Origin: Eledone cirrhosa
Taxonomy: Eukaryota
Direction of reading: 5' to 3'
DNA length: 64,000 bases
Assembly (NCBI GenBank): GCA_964016885.1
Contig: OZ024743.1
Coordinates: 68,138,001-68,202,000, forward strand
The position numbers were made by a program, and so were the translations under genes. This document shows, piece by piece, positions 55,812-64,000 of the stretch; within the stretch, counting starts at the first letter, position 1, and each line of letters begins with the position of its first letter. The notes under the pieces were generated by a model. That model was not told the DNA's origin, did not search any database, and saw only the letters and a list, made by a program, of their open reading frames with translations.

Positions 55812-56493
55812 CAATATAAAACATAGTGAAATATTTGGAAACTCTCCTCAAGAAATGCAAAAATATATATATATATAAATAAAGGTAATGCAATAGACAT
55901 ATAAAATATATAAAAAATATAAGGAAATATAGTTAGGTGTGTATATATGTATGTATATACACTCACAAATGTACACATGTATGTATGTACAAATGCGTGT
56001 ATATGATGAAAATGTGTGCGTAAGTACATATATGAGGGCAAGTATATTTGTGTATATGTAACCACAAATACGTATATAATCTAGTTGACAAGAATCCAGA
56101 AGCAGATATTAGATACACATATGAGTATGAAAGCACGCGTATAAACACACACACGCGCGCGATCACATATATGCGGAAGATAAAGGGGGAAGGGAGTGTA
56201 ATAGTTAAAAGAAAGTGTCATTCTCGATATATGTATAACAATGAATCAATATATGAGAAAGAAAAAAAATTTAAATGAAAGAGAAAGTAGTCAATTAACA
56301 CTAGAGAAAAGAAAAGAAAAGAAGAGAAGATACACGCGTACATACACATATATCTATAAAAAAAAATATATATATATATACACGCAATACGTACAGACGA
56401 AAGCGTATGCATGCGTACATACATACACAGGATGCACGTATACATATACATACATATCGCCCCATGTATATCTAATCATACGTACGTACGCGA

Positions 56494-56549
<56 letters not shown>

Positions 56550-57002
56550 GCACACATACACACCCATACGTACAATACATATATACACACATACACACAA
56601 ACATATTCACATACATTGACCCGCTTACACGCACACACATAAAAATAAGAATGTAAGAAACATAGATGTAAAAACACAGATATAAAAAAACACACATACA
56701 TACACATATATATACACGCGCGCGCGCATACGGAGGCGTTCGTGTACATATACAGAACGTATACACACATAAAGAAGCTCAAACACATAGATACAGGGTG
56801 TAAAGCAGCCTTATGAATAAATGAGTACAAATATACAAATATAAATTTGGCTGCGAAATAACAGAAAATATCTGGAGTGGAAAACGCAAGTGACCACTGT
56901 AATCAGGTAGTAAAGAAAATAGGGAAGTAAAATGTGGAAAGTGAAGATATTAGGAGAGTGAATAGAAGAATAAAGGGGTGGGGGTTACTGGTGGGTGTGA
57001 AG

Positions 57003-57047
57003 TAAAAATAAAAATAAAAATAAAAATGAAAATAAAATAAAAATAAA

Positions 57048-57078
<31 letters not shown>

Positions 57079-57180
57079 TAAAAATAAAAATAAAAATAAA
57101 AATAAAAATAACAATAAAAATAAAAATAAAAATAAAAATAAAAATGAAAATAAAAACAAAAATAAAAATAAAAATAAAAT
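57003..57180. repeat. (TAAAAA)n microsatellite in the PLE 3' UTR
   Basis: Direct reading. Confidence 0.9.
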
Positions 57181-57257
57181 TAATAATAAGGTTAAAAATG
57201 AAAGTAAATCAGAAAGAGTAGTCTTTAAAGAGAATAATTTAAGTGAAGAAAAAGAGC

Positions 57258-58815
57258 TTATGGAGGATAAGTATCTGAAAGTGAGTTAAGTTTATATGAG
57301 CTGGCAAGCAAGTGTGATTTCATGTGTGGGCAACTGGTGAACATTTCTGTCTTTTTATTCAGGCAGGTTTTTGGTGATTTAAGATTTTGTAAAATCCAAT
57401 ATTTTTCGTTTATGCAGAGTGTGCATTTTCTTGTTCCTCTTGCATATTCTTTAGATTGGTTCAAAATTGACCAATCCAATTTATATTGGATACCTTGTCT
57501 TTCAAATCCCATATTCTGCTAGCCAGAGCTGTTGTGAATCTTTTTTCTGGATGCGAAAGGATGCGACATGTGAGTAATAACGCGTTTTGAATTTGTTTTG
57601 TTTCATACCCACATATCGTTCACTGGTGGCTGGTTCGTTGTTGCTGATGGTTGTCACTTTAGCCGCATATACAATGGCTTTGGTGTTGCATTTACCTTGT
57701 AATGGGCATTCACTTTTGACTCTACAGGAGCAATTTTGATGTTCTCTAGGTGATTTTTTGTTGATGATATAAGATTTAATCGGGGGACCGCAGGAGTAGC
57801 TAATTTTGACACAGTTTCTATTAAAGATCTTATAGTATCTATGTGTTCTAGGGAAATGTTTATCTAAGAGCTCTGGGAATGTTTTGCCTACATTAGTTTT
57901 AACTGCTAGAGAGTAGGGGGTGTGAACTAGATTATTTTTCTTTTCCTCTTTTTATGTTTAAAAGAGTTAGTATAGTTGGGTATGTATTTAATCGGTTCGC
58001 TAAATCCGCTATTTAGGAGGGCTTTATTATAGTAGGGGGATGCCTTATTGAAAATAGATTCTGAGGAAGAGAGGGTGGAGATCCTACGGCTAATATTAGG
58101 GATAAGGTTTTTAAAAACTATAGGAGGATAGCAAGAGCCTTTATTTATATATTTTAAATTTTCATTAGGTTTATGGTATGGTTTATAAGAAGCAGTAGTC
58201 AAATCTATGTTTATATCTTGGAAATTAACATTGGAAAGGTGAGTGTCAATAGTAATTTTAAGTTTAAAACTAGCAAAGGTTTTTATTAAGTCTTTCCTTA
58301 ATCTATCTAAGTTATGGCCTATGGTGGTATGGGAAAGTATTAGACCATCGTCGCGATAAAGCCCAAACATATGGTTAGGGAATTTTTCTTTAAGTGTGTG
58401 TAGGAGGAATAGGCCGACTAAATCACAAACATCAGCACTATCAAAAGAGCCCACTGAGACATCGAATGGGCTCTCTGGGTTAGATATTTTTACCCAAGTG
58501 TCATTATCAGTAAAGAGTAGAGTGTTTCTCGCGTGCAAGATGACATTCTCTTCAATCTCAGAGATATTGGTTAACATTCTAGCGAAATTTAAATCTTTCG
58601 CTAAAAGAGTCTGAGTGATAGATGGGTAGAAATCTACAATGTTAAATTGGGTGAATCTAGAACTATTTTTATCTTTAATTTTATTAAACCAATGTACTAC
58701 GGAAGAGCTATTAATCCATTGGAGTAATTTAGATTTACTTCTAATGTGTGTTTTTATATTATTTAACGTTTTTTTGCTGGCAAGGCCGATATCAGTCTTA
58801 GCAGGGTTGATTAAA
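57258..58815 (-). pseudogene. Naiad-like RT + GIY-YIG ORF, truncated and disrupted
   Basis: FGLYRDDGL, CSCRVKSECPLQGKC, IVYAAKV..RYVGM, CTLCINE, CPH. Confidence 0.9.
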
Positions 58816-59266
58816 CTACAACTACCCCCCCCCCCCCTTTATTATTCTATTCACTTTCCTAATATCTTCACTTTCCACATTTTACTTCCCTATTTTCTTT
58901 ACTACCTGATTACAGAGTTCACTTGCGTTTTCCACTCCAGATATTTTCTGTTATTTCGCAGCCAATTTTATATTTGTATATTTGTACTCATTTATTTATA
59001 AGGCTGCTTTACACCCTGTATCTATGTGTCTGAGCTTCTTTATGTGTGTATACGTTCTGTATATGTACACGAACGCCTCTGTATGCGCGCGCGCGTGCGT
59101 GTATATATATGTGTATGTATGTGTGTTTTTTTATATCTGTGTTTTTACTTCTATGTTTCTTACATTCTTATGTTTATGTGTGTGCGTGTAAGCGGGTCAA
59201 TGTATGTGAATATGTTTGTGTGTATGTGTGTATATATGTATTGTACGTATGGGTGTGTATGTGTGC

Positions 59267-59304
<38 letters not shown>

Positions 59305-60176
59305 TCGCGTACGTACGTGTGATTAGATATACATGGGGCGATATGTATGTATATGTATACGTGCATCCTGTGTATGTATGTACGCATGCATACGCTTTTG
59401 TCTGTACGTATTGCGTGTATATATATATTTTTTTTTTATAGATATATGTTTTTGTAAAGATATATGTGTATGTACGCGTGTATCTTCTCTTCTTTTCTTT
59501 TCTTTTCTCTAGTGTTAATTGACTACTTTCTCTTTCATTTAAACATTTTTCCTTTCTCATATATTGATTCATTTGTATATATATATCGAGAATGACACTT
59601 TCTTTTAACTATTTCGCTCCCTTCCCCCTTTATCTTCCGCATATAAGTGATCGCGCGTGTGTGTGTTTATACGCGTGCTCTCATACTCATATGTGTATCT
59701 AATACCTGCTTCTGGATTCGTGTCATCTAGATTATATCCGTATTTGTTGTTACATATACACAAATATACTTGGCCTCATATATGTACTTACACACACATT
59801 TTCACCATATACACGCATATTGTACATACATATATATGTACATTTGTGAGTGTATATACATACATATATACACACCTAACTATATTTCCTTATATTTTTT
59901 ATATATTTTATATGTCTATTGCATTACCTTTATTTATATATATATATTTTTTTGGCATTTCTTGAGGAGACTTTCCAAATATTTCACTATGTTTTATATT
60001 GCCTTGTCCTACAAACAAATGAGGACGTTTCTTTCGTATTCGTCTTATTCGGGAAACCTCTGGTAATGAGGTAATTATATTGTATTGTTTATTATACATT
60101 AAATTCTGCTCTGGTACTTACTTAAGAGCACTCTTCACTCCTATGACTTTTTCAATTTTTAACGGAAACTTCAATA

Positions 60177-60260
<84 letters not shown>

Positions 60261-60299
60261 CATATATTATACATATTATATATAATGTGTATTATATAT

Positions 60300-60343
<44 letters not shown>

Positions 60344-60701
60344 AAAACTCGATATATATTTTATTTTTTATTTGTAGAACACAAACTACTTTAATTTAAA
60401 TGATAACAGAGAATCTGTAGGATTCCTAGACAGTGTTTGGTAATAAAATGTCAAGATAAATATTGATTTAAATTATCTCATCCGAAACTAAACCATATCA
60501 TTTAATTAATTGATTGATTTTCTATGAAAATATACTTTTAATATTCGTTTAAAATAACGTTTATTTTCGTGTAAATTACACACTCCATACATTCCCCGCA
60601 CACACAGACACACACACACACATAAATACTTATACATTTAGAGGGAGCAAGATACGCTCCCATGACGCTCACACACAGATCTATAAACATATAGATAGAT
60701 G

Positions 60702-60733
<32 letters not shown>

Positions 60734-60734
<1 letters not shown>

Positions 60735-60885
60735 GAGGGGATGCTGAAACGTTCTTGGAATAAGGGTAACTCGAAAGTGTAGAGCTGTTACCTTTACAGT
60801 GAAAGTATGGCCGCTGTAATCCTAATTAACTGATCCGCCTGTATTACCTTTCACCGAAACCAGGAACATCTCAGCACCGCCTGGG
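60734..60885. mobile_element. Tc1/mariner-type MITE
   Basis: Imperfect TIRs GAGGGGATGCTGAAACGTTCTTGG / CCAGGAACATCTCAGCACCGCCTG, TA context. Confidence 0.5.
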
Positions 60886-60887
60886 AT

Positions 60888-60953
<66 letters not shown>

Positions 60954-60960
60954 TTGTGAC

Positions 60961-61690
60961 CAAAACTATGTCGTCGAGGATTTGATGCGGGAGGTTGAGA
61001 CTATGTCGATGAGTGTGGGGCTGAGAATGAATGAGACTAAAACAAAATATCTGGTAGAGAATGTTGAGAAGCCAGAGGGGATCACTAATGAAGGCGGGAA
61101 GCCGCTAGAATTGGTTGAGGGCTTCCTGTATTTGGGAGCAAAGATTGGGAATACGGAAGATGATGTGGTTGAGAGGAAGAGCAAGGCCTGGGCGCCGTGC
61201 CACAGCTTGAGAACGGTGTGGAAGTCGGACCTTCGTAGAGACCTGAATGTCCGCCTCTTCATTGCTGTAGTGGAGTCTGTGCTGCTGTATGGGTCTGAAA
61301 CTTGGACACTGACCAAGAAACTCACTCAGATGGTGGATGGGTGCTACACGAGAATGCTGAGGATGGCTCTGAACATTAATCAGTATAAACTGAGGATGAA
61401 AAACTCAGAGCTGTATGGGAGCATTCCAAAAGTCAGTTCAAAAGTGACACAGAGGAGACTGAGGTTAGCTGGACATGCTCACCGACATCCAGAGTTGACA
61501 TTGCACTCAGTGCTCCTTTGGGACCCCCTACATGGACACACTAGAAGAGGAAGACCAAGGTTAACGTATGTTGATGCCCTAAGGACAGACACTGGTCTGT
61601 TGGAGACGCAGGACATGGCAGCGATAATGTGGGACAGAGACCGCTGGAGAGAACTCGTCCACGGATCTCGGGAATTTTACCCGCCTTATA
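60961..61690 (+). mobile_element. 5'-truncated RTE-clade LINE (C-terminal RT region)
   Basis: [44 protein letters not shown]; runs directly into (TA)n. Confidence 0.9.
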
Positions 61691-61698
61691 TAGATATA

Positions 61699-61814
<116 letters not shown>

Positions 61815-62639
61815 TAAATTAGACAATTATCAAAGTTGTGTTCAAATCATTTAATTGCTGACAATCGTTTCTTCCAAACTTTCATTTGGAATAATCGGAG
61901 CATTATCAATGTTTGTACATATAATTAACCTCCTATTCAACTGAACAATAATATAGATACATATATATATTGATGTTGTGAGCAACAGTTTCGTATTTAC
62001 AGGGTATACTGGATGCGACATATATTATACGAGAATTAAAATTAAAATTAAAATTAAAAGAACAGAGTGAAATATATGCGACATATAATACAAGTCTAAT
62101 AATTACAGACGCATTGAGAAAGAAGCATTGAGAAAGAATGAGTACATTAGCAGATAAAAGGAGACGTGTAGAATGTGCACATGCGTTAGTCATATATATG
62201 AGAAGGAAATAAGCAAAGTTATTATGCATATATAGATAAATAAACAAATGAATACTGTATGGTAAGCAAATATGTTAATGTATTAAAATTTATGGCGGAA
62301 TTAATATGATGATAGTATTCGAATTTGTGTGTGTTGAGAAAATCAAAGTTATTGTAGTCCATTACATATGTTTAATTATATTTTAGTTAATGTTTATATT
62401 GAATGTTTTAAGTTAGTTACAGCAATGGATTGTAAATTGGTCTTATTGTATTCTTATTCATGGATTAGAGTTGTTCAACATGGAGGTTTCCAACGGTTTA
62501 ATTTTCGGAAGTGAGTATGAGATCCAAGATTAAGGGGAGCTGATGCATAAGGGGACGTAACTAGCTAATTAAATTGAATTATTTAAATTCTTTGCTCTAA
62601 TACACATTATATTGCGATACAAGTGAATCTCTATTACAT

Positions 62640-62808
62640 AATTGTTTCTACTTTTGGTACAAGGCCAGCAATTACCCAGTGCATTACTGGTGATCGTAAG
62701 GATGAAAGACAAAATTAACCTCGGCGGGATTTGAACTCAGAATGGCTAGGGTCGTAACTCTATTCGTCAAATCATGGCATCTGACCCTCTACCGATACTG
62801 CCAATCCA
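62640..62808 (-). mobile_element. Meta-like SINE
   Basis: Reverse complement of the consensus with a small deletion. Confidence 0.75.
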
Positions 62809-63296
62809 TAATGTTATATATTTATACTTAATTTTAAATACAGTGTATTTTCCCATAATACATTAAAGGTCTCATTAGATTGTTATCTATCCTTAACTGG
62901 ACAAGATATATGTTATGGAAAATTGTATAGCTGTTTACATGTCCAAATAATTAGATTATTTGTGTAATAATATATATTGTTGTGTTAAAAGTTAATCCCT
63001 TATATACAATTTCAATATTTAATTATAAATGTATATATAATTTATTATTACATTAAATGTCTCTACATATTATATATCCATTACTGTATATAATATAATT
63101 AAGCTATAGTAGTTATATTAAAAGGTGGTAACTTTATGTTTAATTCTAATAGATATTATGGAGCATAAGGTTAGAGATAAATAGGAGTTGTGTAGAGGAA
63201 AGAGCTGATCAAAGAGTGTGTTGCTGTGGGGGCTGATAACTCCTAGAGGTGTAGTGTTAATAGTGGTGAGGAATTCAAATCTCACATTGTTATATA

Positions 63297-64000
63297 CTAG
63301 CAGCTAGGTTTAAAGTTATGGAACGAGTGTCGGTAGTGGTGCTGGCATGAGGAAATTATTCTGATTTTCTATTTAGGAGGTCTAGTTTCGAAAAGATTAT
63401 AGTACGGGTCTTTAGAAGACAGAGGGTACACAATGTATTCGGTGGTTTTTAGGATGTGGCCCTACCTACTACTTCCCATTGAAGTGAAAATGATCTATTC
63501 CTAGTTTTCAGAGAGTGTACGTAGCTAGATAAAGAAGTGGAGTTGGCTAGATTGTGTTTTTTGAAAGAGTGGAGGTGCGAGTTGTATCTCGTCTTGAAGC
63601 AGTTCGAAGTAGAGCCAATATATGTTTTAGAAGAGATGTTTGTATTGACTGTGCATGAGTAAATGATGTCTTTGATTAAGCAATTTTTACCTAAGGGGCA
63701 AGTTGTATTATTTCTACAGTTTCATTTATTCTGGATCTTTGCTTGCCGGTTACTATGTTGTGTAGAAGTCTGGTTGCTAGGGATAGCATTAGGGTAATGC
63801 TGGCTGTCGTTCCTATTGTTATTGATTTCATTAGTGCTATTACCATTATTACCATTACTACTAGGATTTACCGGTACTAAGTTTACCTCCTGTTGTGTTT
63901 TAATTAGTTGAAAATAATTATTAATCTTCCTTTTATTACTACTAGCTATATGGTATGCGATGTTAGGTATGTTAGAGTAGGAGATTTTAATGGTATTTTT
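63297..64000 (-). pseudogene. Naiad-like PLE linker + GIY-YIG relic running off the window
   Basis: *NCRNNTTCPLGKNCL, IIYSCTV..TYIGSTSNCFKTRYNSH, CTLCL, LLNRKSE, CQH. Confidence 0.85.

Larger units (their letters stand above)
55713..60100 (-). mobile_element. Naiad-like PLE with ~1.28-kb inverted 3'-UTR arms (55713-56990 vs 58816-60100)
   Basis: Arms are reverse complements; coding relic lies between them. Confidence 0.9.

Overview
AT-rich, microsatellite-saturated animal genomic DNA with no recognisable host gene. An octopod cephalopod is inferred from the SINE types and repeat landscape. Almost all listed ORFs are (TA)n/(CA)n/trinucleotide artefacts. The real coding content is retroelements: five Naiad-like Penelope-like elements or fragments (PLEs; RT + CxCx5Cx5C linker + GIY-YIG), a Poseidon/Penelope-like PLE, a Neptune-like relic, RTE and L1/Tx1 LINE fragments and a pogo/Tigger relic. 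Also present are Meta- and CORE-type tRNA SINEs, MITEs and a 3.2-kb array of a 46-bp satellite. Reading by eye gives about 25 type-I hammerhead ribozyme (HHR) motifs, intact or decayed. Some lie in PLE pseudo-LTRs. Others lie in several families of non-coding 430-545-nt tandem or circularly permuted units (retrozyme-like, predicted to yield small circular RNAs). These units sit in (TA)n and share the tail-out inverted architecture of the autonomous PLEs. One copy begins exactly at the HHR cleavage site. All structures were folded by eye, not computed.
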